DNA from: a virus
Lineage: Duplodnaviria > Heunggongvirae > Uroviricota > Caudoviricetes
IMG/VR virus record: IMGVR_UViG_3300012344_000014
Coordinates: 42,581-106,580 of that record
Reading direction: 5' to 3' (one strand)
DNA: 64,000 bases
In this document: piece after piece, positions 10,510 to 19,775 of the stretch
Numbering within the stretch: the first letter of the stretch is position 1
Layout: each line of letters starts with the position of its first letter
Program-made: the position numbers and the translations under genes
Notes under the pieces: model-generated
Databases searched by the model: none
What the model was told of the DNA's origin: nothing
What the model saw: only the letters and a program-made list of their open reading frames with translations

Positions 10510-12747
10510 ATGATAACAATTAACGCGGCGTTCTCCCAGCGGGAACAGGAGCTTGGCCTGATCGGGCGGCGCGGGGAAAACGGAACAAGGCAGATTGCCT
10601 TTGACTGCGGCGAAGTCCTCGCCGAATACCCCGGCGCGAGTATTGTATGCGCGATGCAGCGGCAGGGCGACCTTGGGGCGTACCTGAAGGAATGCAGCGC
10701 AGACGGCAGCGCGAGAATTATTACGATTAGCGACGCGGACGTTTCTATCCCCGGCCAGATGAGGATAGAACTCCGCGCTCTGGTCGGCGACAAGCGGGTG
10801 AAGAGCGCGGTCTATACGGCGACGGTGGCCAGCAGTCTGATCGGGCAGGCGGAAACGCCGGACAGCCCCGTGGCGGACACGCTGGACAAACTCGAAGGCG
10901 CGCTGAGCAACGCGCAGGCAATTGTGGCGACCGTGCAGACAAAACTGGATAACGGCGAATTCGTCGGAGCGCAAGGCCCTCAGGGACCGCAGGGACCAAA
11001 AGGCGACACGGGAGCAAAGGGAGACACAGGCGCACCTGGCAAAGATGGCAAGGACGGCAAAGACGGCGCAAAGGGCGAAGACGGTAAAAACTTCCGCGTG
11101 CTCGGAACCTATGCGACGCTGAGCGCGCTGCAGGCGGCTGTAACCGCACCGGCGCAGGGAGACTATTACAATATTGGTACGGCTGCGCCTTACACGATCT
11201 ACATGTGGGATACGTCAAAGGGCTGGCAGGATCAGGGACAGCTGCAGGGACCGACGGGTGCGAAGGGTGACCAAGGCGCGAAAGGCGACACTGGCGCGGC
11301 AGGCAAGGATGGTAAAGACGGCGCGGACGGCGCGACATTTACCCCGGCGGTAAGCGAAGCGGGCGTGCTGAGCTGGACGAACAACAAGAGCTTGACGAAC
11401 CCGGCGAGCGTAAACATCAAGGGCCCAAAGGGCGATACTGGTTCTCCCGGCGCGAAGGGTGAAACAGGAAGCCAAGGCGCAAAGGGTACCGACGGCGTAT
11501 CCCCGACCATTACAGTAAGCAAGACGGGCAAAGTCACGACACTGACCATCACAGACAAAGACGGCACGAAGACCGCGACCATTAACGACGGCGCGGACGG
11601 CGATGGTGCGGGCTCTGTTGGCGACATGCAGAAAGCCATTTACGACGCGAACGGCGACGGAATTGTGGACGATGCGGCCAAGCTGGGCGGACAGCTGCCG
11701 GCATATTACGCGAAAGCGTCCGATCTGTCCGGCAAAGTAAGCGCGGTAACAGGCAAGGGGCTTTCCACGAACGATTACACGACGGCGGAGAAAGAAAAAC
11801 TGGCTGCAATCGAGGCGGGGGCGCAGAAGAACGTTGCGCCGACATGGACGAGCGTTACAGGAAAACCTGACGCCTTTACACCGGCCGACCACACCCATGC
11901 ACAGACGGACATCACTGGATTGGAAACCGCACTGGCAGGGAAGGTGAGTGCCGTAACGGGCAAAGGGCTATCCAGCAACGACTACACGGACGACGAGAAG
12001 ACAAAGCTTGGTGGCATCGCAGCCGGGGCGCAGAAAAATGTACAGGCGGACTGGACGGCGACAAGCGGAGACGCTTTCATCAAGAACAAACCCACGATCC
12101 CCACAGTCCCCACGAAGGTGTCCAGTTTTGAAAACGACGCTAAATATCTGACGAGCTACACAGAAACCGATCCCACGGTTCCTGCATGGGCGAAAGCCGA
12201 AAGCAAGCCCGCCTACACGGCAAGCGAGGTGGGGGCTGAGGCGAGCGGTGCTGTGAACACACACAACACCTCTTCTTCCGCGCACTCTACGCTATTTTCG
12301 GCAAAGCAGAACAAGATTACCGCTACGGGTCTACTGAAAGGAACTTCCACGGGGATTACGGCTGCGACGGCAGGAACGGATTACGCTGCGGCAAGCCACA
12401 CACATACGGCGGCGGACGTTACGGGGCTTGCGACGGTTGCCACATCCGGAGCATACGGCGACCTGAGTGGAAAACCGACTATACCGACCCTCTATGCTTA
12501 TACGGTAAGCCTGACGGCGGCAGGATGGGATGCGACGGAGAAAACGCAGACCGTGACCGCCACCCATGTGACGGCTGATAATCTGGTGCAGGTATCGCCG
12601 GCGGAAGCAAGCTTTGAGGCATGGCAGACGGCAGAGATTCGATGCACGGCACAGGCGGCAGGAACGCTTACTTTTATTTGCGGCGGCGATGTGCCGAACG
12701 AAGCGGTAACATACAACGTGGTGGTCATAGAAGGAGTGACGGCATGA
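10510..12747 (+). CDS. collagen-like tail fibre protein 3
   Basis: 745-aa ORF with three G-X-Y tracts, repeated GKGLS.NDYT modules and the shared C-terminal module. Confidence 0.85.
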   Translation: MITINAAFSQREQELGLIGRRGENGTRQIAFDCGEVLAEYPGASIVCAMQRQGDLGAYLKECSADGSARIITISDADVSIPGQMRIELRALVGDKRVKSAVYTATVASSLIGQAETPDSPVADTLDKLEGALSNAQAIVATVQTKLDNGEFVGAQGPQGPQGPKGDTGAKGDTGAPGKDGKDGKDGAKGEDGKNFRVLGTYATLSALQAAVTAPAQGDYYNIGTAAPYTIYMWDTSKGWQDQGQLQGPTGAKGDQGAKGDTGAAGKDGKDGADGATFTPAVSEAGVLSWTNNKSLTNPASVNIKGPKGDTGSPGAKGETGSQGAKGTDGVSPTITVSKTGKVTTLTITDKDGTKTATINDGADGDGAGSVGDMQKAIYDANGDGIVDDAAKLGGQLPAYYAKASDLSGKVSAVTGKGLSTNDYTTAEKEKLAAIEAGAQKNVAPTWTSVTGKPDAFTPADHTHAQTDITGLETALAGKVSAVTGKGLSSNDYTDDEKTKLGGIAAGAQKNVQADWTATSGDAFIKNKPTIPTVPTKVSSFENDAKYLTSYTETDPTVPAWAKAESKPAYTASEVGAEASGAVNTHNTSSSAHSTLFSAKQNKITATGLLKGTSTGITAATAGTDYAAASHTHTAADVTGLATVATSGAYGDLSGKPTIPTLYAYTVSLTAAGWDATEKTQTVTATHVTADNLVQVSPAEASFEAWQTAEIRCTAQAAGTLTFICGGDVPNEAVTYNVVVIEGVTA
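10966..11088 (+). repeat. collagen-like G-X-Y coding repeat (first of three tracts in fibre 3)
   Basis: GAQGPQGPQGPKGDTGAKGDTGAPGKDGKDGKDGAKGEDGK. Further tracts start near 11248 and 11422. Confidence 0.8.
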
Positions 12748-13505
12748 TATTGAATATAAGCTTGCCCGGCAAGGCGGGAAAGGCCGAGTTCACCTATACC
12801 GGTGCTTACACGCTCAAGCAGATCACTTCCGGTGGCGTGACGTATGACCTGTATACGCTGACCGGCTCTGGCACGCTGACCGTGACGGGGACGGCGAAGA
12901 ATGTGGATGTGTGGTGCTGCGGGGGCGGGGCAACCTACTCGTATTACAGCGGCGGTGCTGGCGCGTATTGCGCGCAGGTAGACGCTCAGTCCCTTCACTG
13001 TGATTATGTGGTTGCCATAGGCGGTTCCGGCGGGAATACCTCAGTTGGCTCACTTGTCAGTGCGAATGGCACGACAACAGCCAACGGGGGCACAGGTGGC
13101 GGCGGTGGAAATATTGGCGCAAACTTTAACGCTCCCACAGGCGACGGGATAACTAAATACCCTTTCGGGGACACGACAAACTTTAGGTGTCATTGCGCAG
13201 GCGGCGGCGGTGGCGGCGTGAATTATTCCTCCGACGATAATAGTTGGCAATACAATGGCGGCGCTGGCGGCTCGAACGGTAGCAACGGGGCAAAGTCAAC
13301 AAGCGGTATCGGCGACGCTGGCGCTGGTGGTAATTATGGCGGTGGGCAGGGCGGTTCGCGTCACTCGATCAATGGCAAAGCTGCGACATTTTATGGTTCT
13401 GGCGGCGGTGGATATGGTGCGGGTTCTATGGGAACTTACGGGCCAAATACCGGTACCGCTGGTGCGGGTTACCAAGGCGTCGTCTACATCCGCGTACCGG
13501 TATAA
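12744..13505 (+). CDS. glycine-rich protein, paralogue 3
   Basis: AAGGAG RBS; ATG 12744 overlaps the fibre 3 stop (ATGA). Contains VTYDLYTLTGSGTLTV, WCCGGGA and the GYQGVVYIRVP ending. Confidence 0.75.
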   Translation: MILNISLPGKAGKAEFTYTGAYTLKQITSGGVTYDLYTLTGSGTLTVTGTAKNVDVWCCGGGATYSYYSGGAGAYCAQVDAQSLHCDYVVAIGGSGGNTSVGSLVSANGTTTANGGTGGGGGNIGANFNAPTGDGITKYPFGDTTNFRCHCAGGGGGGVNYSSDDNSWQYNGGAGGSNGSNGAKSTSGIGDAGAGGNYGGGQGGSRHSINGKAATFYGSGGGGYGAGSMGTYGPNTGTAGAGYQGVVYIRVPV

Positions 13506-13516
13506 GGAGGGATACT

Positions 13517-13834
13517 ATGATCATGCAGCCTTTGGCCACAGGCAGTGGCGGCGGGAGCGCGAAAATTTTCTTTGAGGCTGGCACTGCTGACCGCGGCAAC
13601 TTCACATTTGATCTGGGGTTCGCTCCGACTGAATGGGTGGGCGTGGCGGATTACAGTGTGTCGAGTGGGTACTCTCGTGAAATCTGGTCTTATTCGAAAG
13701 ACGGAACAGTTACTACAAAAACTGCGAATGGCGGCGCGTATGCAACGTGGGTTTTGTCGGGCACAAAACTGACGCTTACCGCAACCAGTGGAACAATGTC
13801 GTCCATTACAAATTACATTGTTTTTGCGCGCTAA
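13517..13834 (+). CDS. hypothetical protein
   Basis: 105-aa ORF with an AAGGAGGG RBS. Confidence 0.5.
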   Translation: MIMQPLATGSGGGSAKIFFEAGTADRGNFTFDLGFAPTEWVGVADYSVSSGYSREIWSYSKDGTVTTKTANGGAYATWVLSGTKLTLTATSGTMSSITNYIVFAR

Positions 13835-13848
13835 AAGGAGGAAATATT

Positions 13849-14250
13849 ATGAATAAAGTGTTTTGCATTTTGCTCACATAGGTTTTTATGATGACAGTAT
13901 GCGTTGGTATCGCCGCGGCGGAGACAGCGGCTGAACCGACCGCTCCTGTGGCACCTGTGACTGAACCGGACGCTGCCGGTGCTTTCGACCTGACCGAACT
14001 GGCAGTGGCGGTGCTATGCTTTGTGCTCGGCCTGTTGACCACGATCGTGACGGGCGTAGTTCGAAAGAATTTCAACAAGAACAAGCTCACCAAGCAATAC
14101 GACGAACTGTGGGCCCTCATCGGACAGAAACTGGAACAGGCGGGGCTAAAGGTCGACCGCGCGGCTATTGAGGCGGCGCTGAAACAGATGAGTGCCGCGG
14201 CACTGAAGGAGCTCGCCAAAGCGTTTAATAATGACGAACAGGCTGAATAA
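13849..14250 (+). CDS. membrane/secreted protein upstream of the endolysin (read through in-frame TAG 13879-13881)
   Basis: AAGGAGG RBS then ATG 13849, in frame with track ORF 13888-14250. The N-terminus MNKVFCILLT-TAG-VFMMTVCVGIAAA looks like a signal peptide, and a second TM segment is present (LAVAVLCFVLGLLTTIVTGVV). Confidence 0.6.
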
Positions 14251-15158
14251 TGAACATCAAGGTTAAGCTCACGCGTAAAACAAACGCGGACTATTATCAT
14301 GCTGCCAAAGGGGATGTTGTTTCCATCCCCTTCGAGCAGTATTTACTGGGCGTTGTGGCGAGCGAGATAGGAGTCGCCCCGCTGGAGGCATGCAAAGCAC
14401 AGACCATCGCGGCTCGAACATACGCGCTCCCGTATCTAACGAAGGGCGTGCCCATCAGCGACGCGTCCTCTACGGCGCAGGCGTATCGGGCGGAGCGGGC
14501 TGTAGACCCTGCTTATGAAAACGCGCATCGCGGCGTAAAAGCAACGGCCGGACTCGTGCTCTATTATGACGGCAAACCTCTGACAAGCTGCCCGTTCAGC
14601 AAGTCAAATGGCGGGCGCGAAATCAGCAACGCGGAGCGTTGGAATTCAACGGCGCTCCCATACCTGCCTTCGCAGGATGACCCGTGGGACTTGGCGGCTA
14701 CAAACGGAAAGAAGTTGGGACACGGCGTGGGCATGAGCCAGGAAGGCGCGAAGTACGCGGCGGGCACGCTCGGCAAAACCTGCGAGGAAATTCTCGCGTT
14801 TTATTATCCGGGGTGCGAAATACGCCCCGCGCAAGAAAAAGAGGTGCCGATAACAATGATTGGAACGGTAACGACCGCGAACGGCGGCGCGCTCAATATG
14901 CGGAAATATCCAGGCGCTTCGGCTGACCGGATTCTGAAGATTCCTAATGGGGCTGAAGTGAATATCCTGAGCACGGAAACGATCACGGACGGGTGGTACG
15001 AAGTGGAGTACAATGGGCAAACGGGGTATGTTATGGCCGCCTATGTGTCGGTGCGTGGTGAATCCGAGCCTAGTGCCTACACGGTCGGCGTCCGGTTCGA
15101 CACAAGAGCCGAGGCCGAAGCGTTCAGAGCCTTGCTTCAGCAGGCAAAAATATATTGA
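14250..15158 (+). CDS. endolysin: SpoIID/LytB-like domain plus C-terminal SH3b
   Basis: SpoIID-type motif YLLGVVASEIG...EACKAQTIAARTYAL. SH3_3-like C-terminus GALNMRKYPG...GWYEVEYNGQTGYVMAAYV. Confidence 0.8.
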   Translation: MNIKVKLTRKTNADYYHAAKGDVVSIPFEQYLLGVVASEIGVAPLEACKAQTIAARTYALPYLTKGVPISDASSTAQAYRAERAVDPAYENAHRGVKATAGLVLYYDGKPLTSCPFSKSNGGREISNAERWNSTALPYLPSQDDPWDLAATNGKKLGHGVGMSQEGAKYAAGTLGKTCEEILAFYYPGCEIRPAQEKEVPITMIGTVTTANGGALNMRKYPGASADRILKIPNGAEVNILSTETITDGWYEVEYNGQTGYVMAAYVSVRGESEPSAYTVGVRFDTRAEAEAFRALLQQAKIY

Positions 15159-15173
15159 CAGGAGTGATTCCTG

Positions 15174-15488
15174 GTGGAATGGCTAATTCAATTCCTGGTA
15201 AAGTATTGGGTTGAGTAGCTGCTGACGGCGGTCGTTGGAGCGTTCGTCGCGTATATCAAGAAAGAGGCGAGCACGCAAAAAGCGCTCAGACACGGAATGG
15301 TGGCGCTGCTGCGGGACCGGCTTTATCAGGCACACAATCAATACGAACATCTCGGGTATTTTCCAATCGATGCGCGCGAAGTGGTCGAGGATATGTTCAA
15401 ACAATATATAACGCTCGGCGGGAACGGCATTGTCCGGCATTTGAAAGAGGCGCTGGACGAACTCCCCACTGAGCCAGGGAAACAATGA
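15174..15488 (+). CDS. holin-like membrane protein (read through in-frame TAG 15216-15218)
   Basis: GGAG RBS 9 nt before GTG 15174, in frame with track ORF 15297-15488. The N-terminal TM segment WLIQFLVKYWVE-TAG-LLTAVVGAFVAYI is present only if TAG is read through. Confidence 0.55.
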
Positions 15489-15766
15489 AACAAAATCTTT
15501 CTAAACCCGAGACTTCGAAAATTATTCTTTTCAGAACTTTCTGGATATTCTGGGCGCTGGTTGTGCTTGTTATTGTGATGATCGCTTTGTTTCCCGCGGT
15601 AGGGGATTATATGATCGATGTACTGCAGACCGCGGCCACATTGGCCGGGGCGGTTCATGTCGGATATTTCGGAAAAGCTGGTATAGAAAATTTCAAGAAG
15701 ATTGAGTCTGCGATGAGAAATTCTGTGGACGATGATGTCTATGACGACGAAGACTGCGAAGGATAA
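15485..15766 (+). CDS. membrane protein (second holin candidate)
   Basis: 93-aa ORF with an ATGA overlap to the previous gene. TM segment IILFRTFWIFWALVVLVIVMIALF. Confidence 0.6.
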   Translation: MKQNLSKPETSKIILFRTFWIFWALVVLVIVMIALFPAVGDYMIDVLQTAATLAGAVHVGYFGKAGIENFKKIESAMRNSVDDDVYDDEDCEG

Positions 15767-15776
15767 AGAAAAAATT

Positions 15777-15826
15777 TGACCCTGCTACTTCCTTTCCGGA
15801 GGTGGCAGGGTCATTTTTTGTTTTTG
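15777..15826 (+). terminator. rho-independent terminator at the end of the late/lysis operon
   Basis: TGACCCTGC (15777-85) pairs with GCAGGGTCA (15805-13), followed by TTTTTTGTTTTT. Confidence 0.7.
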
Positions 15827-15904
15827 GACGCATGCAAATGCAGGAGATGTAGTTCATTGTGTAGTATAGTAGTTCCTTACGTAGTGTAAAGGAAGGGTTC
15901 CCCT

Positions 15905-17527
15905 TCATAAGGAAACATTCTATTGGTCGAGCTTCCCGGCGAACTTGTAGTAAATTTCTATTTTCTGCGTTGGTTTGCCATTCTGGTCACAGCGTCTATC
16001 GTGGACTACGATTTTGTCGATCAGCGCATTGAGCATCGGGATAGTCAGTTTGGTTGGATGGGTGTAACGTTTGACCATGTTAGCCCATTCGTTAAGACCT
16101 CTTTGGGTTTCGTCGGTAGCTCGTTGTGCTTCTTCGGCGGCAGCGATGAATTCTTGAAGGGCGGTTTGCTCGTCTTGGTATTTTTTGAGCAGCGTCGAGA
16201 AATTGTTCGGAGTGATGTTTCCTTCGGCGCGATCCTCATAGAGTGAGGCGAGCATCCCGTCTATTTTTCGTAGACGCCGCTTTTTATCATCAAGCTTCGC
16301 TTGCTCCTTGTCCCCACTAGACTGAGTTGCTTTGCGCGAAGAATTCATAATCTCCTGGGCAAAATCTATTTCGTTCCCAGCGAGTGTCGAGGTCCAATAC
16401 TGTATCCGTGATAGCACATAATTGTAGAGGGTAGACTGCCTTATGTAATGCGCGGTGCAGTGTTCTTTACCGAATTCCGAATATTGCCGGCAGACGTAGG
16501 CTTTATCGTCGGGAGCATAGCAGGGACGGGCTTTCAACGCTTTCCCGCAGGTTGAACATTTTAGCAGACCGGCGAAAAGCTGGGGCGTCCCATCCCCGCA
16601 GGAACGACGCCGCCGTGAAATATTTTCCTGAACCCGCTCGAATGTCTCGCGCGATATAAGAGGCGGATGGGTATTTTCTACCCGGTAAAACTCATCAGCG
16701 GAGTTGTGAATTCGTTTTTTGCTTTTGTACGAAATCTTTTGCCTGCGGTAATGAATCGTATTTCCAATGTATGTTTCATCCATCAGTATGGAACGCACGG
16801 CGGAGCTTTGCCAGAAGCTTTTCTTCTCTTCGGCGGCGTTCTCATAGTATTGCGAATACGCGCCGTAGCGGCTATAGCCAACCCAGCCCGGGGTAGGGAC
16901 TTTGGACGTCCTCAGATACCTTGCGATTACATTGTAGCCGTTTCCTTCCAGCGCAAGCGCGTATATCTTTTCGATGATCCAGCGGGTGTCTTCGTCGATG
17001 AGGAGTTTGCCTTTTTCTTTCGGACTCCATATATAACCGAGCGGCGGTGTGGGGCCTAGGCGTTCGCCTTTTTCATATTTCGCTTTTAGCGCGGCCTTTA
17101 CTTTCCGGCTGGTGTCTTTGGCGTACCACTCGTTGAAGAGGTTCTTAAAAGGGGAGAAGTCGCTCATACCTTTCTCGGAGTCTTCGCCGTCGTTTACCGC
17201 CACATAGCGGACGCGCTTCTCAGGGAACACGTATTCCAAGTAGCGATCCACCTGAATGTGTTCGCGCCCCAACCGGGAGAGGTCTTTTGTGATAACGCAA
17301 TTCAACGCGCCTTTGTCAATGTCCGCCATCATACGTTGAAACGCCGGTCGGTCAAAATTTGTACCAGACCATCCATCGTCGACGTATTCATCATAAATCG
17401 CAATGTTGTTGTCTTCGCAATATTGATGAAGAATCCGGCGCTGCGTTTCAATGCTGCCGCTGTCGCCCGGCTCTCCGTCATCGTTGCTTAGCCGCATGTA
17501 AAGAGCGGCTACCCAGGGTTGTTTCAT
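15905..17527 (-). CDS. large serine recombinase (integrase)
   Basis: Resolvase-type N-terminus (ALYMRLSNDDG...SIETQR), recombinase and zinc-ribbon regions and a C-terminal coiled coil. AAGGAGG RBS before ATG 17527. The frame meets TAG at 15920-22, then TGA at 15905-07. Confidence 0.9.
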
Positions 17528-17594
17528 TCCCATCCTCCTTTCGATAGAGAAACAACCCACATTTGCATGCGGGTTGATTATAGCATAAGTGGAA

Positions 17595-17756
17595 TTAAGA
17601 CGCAATTTTAAGATTGCGAAGGATGAATTCTTTGAAGAGGTCGGCGAATGGTTGGCCGTCCGCAGCGAAATGTTCTGTTATAAGAATTTTCACTTTGCCG
17701 GCGTCAAAGCATTTTTGTTCAGTCAATAGTATATTCTTCTCTGCGATTCCGAACAT
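17595..17756 (-). CDS. small hypothetical protein upstream of the recombinase
   Basis: AAAGGAG RBS then ATG 17756; 53 codons (MFGIAEKNILLTEQKCFDAGKVKILITEHF...) ending in TAA 17595-97. Below the track length cutoff. Confidence 0.4.
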   Translation of the reverse strand: MFGIAEKNILLTEQKCFDAGKVKILITEHFAADGQPFADLFKEFILRNLKIAS

Positions 17757-17871
17757 GGCATTCTCCTTTAATTTTTCTCAAACAGTCCAGGCAAATGTAT
17801 TCGTGCGAAAATAATCCAGCCGGTTCATAGAAGACGTTGGTCAGATCACGGCCACACATACAGCAATACAA
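17719..17871 (-). CDS. small Cys-rich (CxxC...CxxC) protein
   Basis: AAAGGAGGG RBS before TTG 17871 (alternative ATG 17859). The sequence YCCMCGRDL...YICLDCLRKI suggests a zinc ribbon. Confidence 0.3.
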   Translation of the reverse strand: MYCCMCGRDLTNVFYEPAGLFSHEYICLDCLRKIKGECHVRNRREEYTID

Positions 17872-17901
17872 AGCAGTCCCTCCTTTGACGAGACAGGTAG
17901 A

Positions 17902-18225
17902 TCATTCCCCATAAAGAATTTCGACCCCATAAGCCTTAGCCGCCTCATGTTCAAGCCGGCAGCCGCGTGCCTGCTCCCAACCATTGCAAAAGTAAGCGGC
18001 ATGACACAGGCTCATATTTTCAAGGCTCTTTGCGAGAAAAGACAAGGGAATCTGAACGACGCCGCGCTCGGTCATCGCCTCCTTGTTGTACCATTCATCG
18101 GTAAAGGGTGTATTGACGACAACATAGCCCATGTTCTCCAGCGCCTTAATGGCACGGTTGCGGGTTTCAATAATTTCCTGTTCGGTTTTGCCAGCCATCG
18201 GCTGAGATAACATTGCCTTCTTCAT
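17902..18225 (-). CDS. DUF4406 / nucleoside 2-deoxyribosyltransferase-like protein
   Basis: 107 aa; the pattern QPMAGK...NP...CHAAYFCNGWEQARGCRLEHEAA recalls DUF4406 (from memory). Confidence 0.5.
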   Translation of the reverse strand: MKKAMLSQPMAGKTEQEIIETRNRAIKALENMGYVVVNTPFTDEWYNKEAMTERGVVQIPLSFLAKSLENMSLCHAAYFCNGWEQARGCRLEHEAAKAYGVEILYGE

Positions 18226-18254
18226 ATTTTAATATTCCTTTCTAAAATGCGATG

Positions 18255-18263
18255 TGTTACAAT
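18255..18263 (+). promoter_or_regulatory. extended -10 promoter (TGTTACAAT)
   Basis: TGnTACAAT lies 20 nt upstream of the small + strand ORF at 18283. Confidence 0.45.
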
Positions 18264-18282
18264 GTAAGTGGAGGTGGCGCAT

Positions 18283-18444
18283 GTGACAGACAACGAGAAA
18301 AAGAAAATAGGCGCAGAACTTGATAAGCTGAGTGAAGCTGTAGAGAAGATCCAAGAATCCGCCGATGTACCAGGGCTCAAAGATGCGCTTGAAGCAATTT
18401 ATAATCTGCTGGAGAAAATTATATCCGAGGAAGGGTGGCAGTAA
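18283..18444 (+). CDS. small + strand hypothetical protein (53 aa)
   Basis: GGAGGTG RBS then GTG 18283. The predicted sequence is helical and acidic, and the hairpin at 18433-18466 follows. Confidence 0.4.
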   Translation: MTDNEKKKIGAELDKLSEAVEKIQESADVPGLKDALEAIYNLLEKIISEEGWQ

Positions 18445-18466
18445 TTATTCTGCCGCCCCATTTTTC
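18433..18466. terminator. hairpin terminator between convergent genes
   Basis: GGGTGGCAG pairs with CTGCCGCCC (one G-U pair), followed by CATTTTTCTC. Confidence 0.5.
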
Positions 18467-18633
18467 TCTGAGGAAAACTGTTCATTGGTAGCTTCAATTT
18501 CTGCAAAGCACGGGACAAAAGTAACGCGCCTCATTTCCTTCATGGCCGCATCATATTCTTTTTGAGCGGCAAGAAGACGCTTTAAGGCTTTGCTCATTTC
18601 CTCTGGTTCAGGGGCGTTAAAAATATATTGCAT
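18445..18633 (-). CDS. hypothetical protein
   Basis: 62-aa ORF in an operon with the neighbouring - strand genes. Confidence 0.45.
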   Translation of the reverse strand: MQYIFNAPEPEEMSKALKRLLAAQKEYDAAMKEMRRVTFVPCFAEIEATNEQFSSEKNGAAE

Positions 18634-18648
18634 TGTATTTATCTCCTT

Positions 18649-19080
18649 TTAATTATATTTCATTTTTTGAAGAAGGCTTCTGTATAGGGGTTCCAGCTGC
18701 GGTGAGGACGCTTTGAATTTTTTCTGTTCGCAATTATGCGTCTTACCGGCTTTATAAAAACCATGACCGACTTCATGATACCGAGAGCGGTCCATATAGG
18801 CATATTCCATTTCAATATCCGGAAGCTGCTTTGTAATGCCTTTATAAAGCATAAAGGGCGGCATATAAACCGTTTTGAAGGCAAGCAGCCGCTCATCATT
18901 AAACCCTGGATCGAATGTAACGGGAGATTTCTCCTTCACGCCGGTTTCAGGAATTGCGGGATGCTGTTTAAGATAAGCGCCGCTGGGCTTAAATTTAACG
19001 ACGCCTTTCTTGCCGCACAGTTTCAGGACGGCTTCATCGAGCTGCTCTTTTGTGCCGGTGATGCGCAGATAGTTTTCCAT
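18649..19080 (-). CDS. hypothetical protein
   Basis: 143-aa ORF with a TAATG-type junction to the upstream gene. Confidence 0.55.
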   Translation of the reverse strand: MENYLRITGTKEQLDEAVLKLCGKKGVVKFKPSGAYLKQHPAIPETGVKEKSPVTFDPGFNDERLLAFKTVYMPPFMLYKGITKQLPDIEMEYAYMDRSRYHEVGHGFYKAGKTHNCEQKKFKASSPQLEPLYRSLLQKMKYN

Positions 19081-19397
19081 TAAACCTTATCCTCCTTCAT
19101 GTTTTCAAGCAGCAGGTTATACAGATCGCGTGTGGTGGCGAGCGGAATGTCTTTGTCCCCGTCCGTTATCATGCCAGGTTTATATCGCCGGCCGAAGTTA
19201 AGCTCCCAACAGAAGTAGCCGGTCCAGTCGTTTTCTTTATCTTTCATAATAATTTCCAGCAGGTTTACAATGGGATCGTCCAGCTGGCACAGTTCAGGAA
19301 GGCGTATGGCGTCGTCTGTTGCATCCGAAACCTTTTCGCAGAAGTCGTTCCATTCCATCAATCGGTGCAGAATTTCATCGAATAAGTCAAATGTCAT
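19080..19397 (-). CDS. hypothetical protein
   Basis: 105-aa acidic ORF. Confidence 0.55.
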   Translation of the reverse strand: MTFDLFDEILHRLMEWNDFCEKVSDATDDAIRLPELCQLDDPIVNLLEIIMKDKENDWTGYFCWELNFGRRYKPGMITDGDKDIPLATTRDLYNLLLENMKEDKV

Positions 19398-19410
19398 TGT
19401 GTTCTCCTTA

Positions 19411-19419
19411 TGATATAAT
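19411..19419 (+). promoter_or_regulatory. extended -10 promoter (TGATATAAT)
   Basis: Perfect TGnTATAAT located 10 nt before the 5' arm of the 19429-19740 element. Confidence 0.55.
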
Positions 19420-19428
19420 TGTGTCGGC

Positions 19429-19740
19429 GGGGAGAGGAGCGGAGGCGATCGCGTTTACATAGCCGCACCTGATGCATCGGGATGCGTAGCGCTATGTGAA
19501 AGGAGCGATGTGCCAATGGAACATGTTTGTGACGTTATGATCGAACTGTTTCTTGAGTACGTCGTCAAAAAGGTGATCTCATAGATGAAAACCTGGCTGA
19601 CGGGGCAACTCGAAAAGGCCAGGAAAAACAAACCTGAGCCTAAGTACACTATTTGTACTTGGGAGCAGCATTGCCGGTAATAGAAACCGGCGGGGTTAAC
19701 GCGATCGCCCCTTAATATTGCTGTACCGCTCCATCTCCCC
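19429..19740 (+). other. stem-closed + strand cassette (structured transcript enclosing a small ORF)
   Basis: The 5' arm GGGGAGAGGAGCGGAGGCGATCGCGTT (19429-55) is complementary to AACGCGATCGCC...CCGCTCC.TCTCCCC (19698-19740), giving helices of 12+7+7 bp. Confidence 0.45.
19516..19680 (+). CDS. small ORF inside the stem-closed cassette (in-frame TAG 19582-19584)
   Basis: AAAGGAG RBS 10 nt before ATG 19516; 54 codons if TAG is read through, ending TAA-TAG. Alternatively a separate ORF from ATG 19585 with its own GGTGA RBS. Confidence 0.3.
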
Positions 19741-19775
19741 GTTCACAAAAGAAAACATTGCAGTCTGCCGCGTGT

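Noticed and set aside
2630-13505. Diversity-generating retroelement acting on the fibre C-terminal modules
   Set aside because: No reverse transcriptase gene and no template/variable repeat pair with adenine-specific differences is visible in the window.
15827-15920. Assigning attP to the short gap between the lysis terminator and the serine recombinase
   Set aside because: Only short self-complementary motifs (GCATGC, TGCAAATGCA) are present. Serine-integrase att sites cannot be called from sequence alone without the attB/attL/attR partner.
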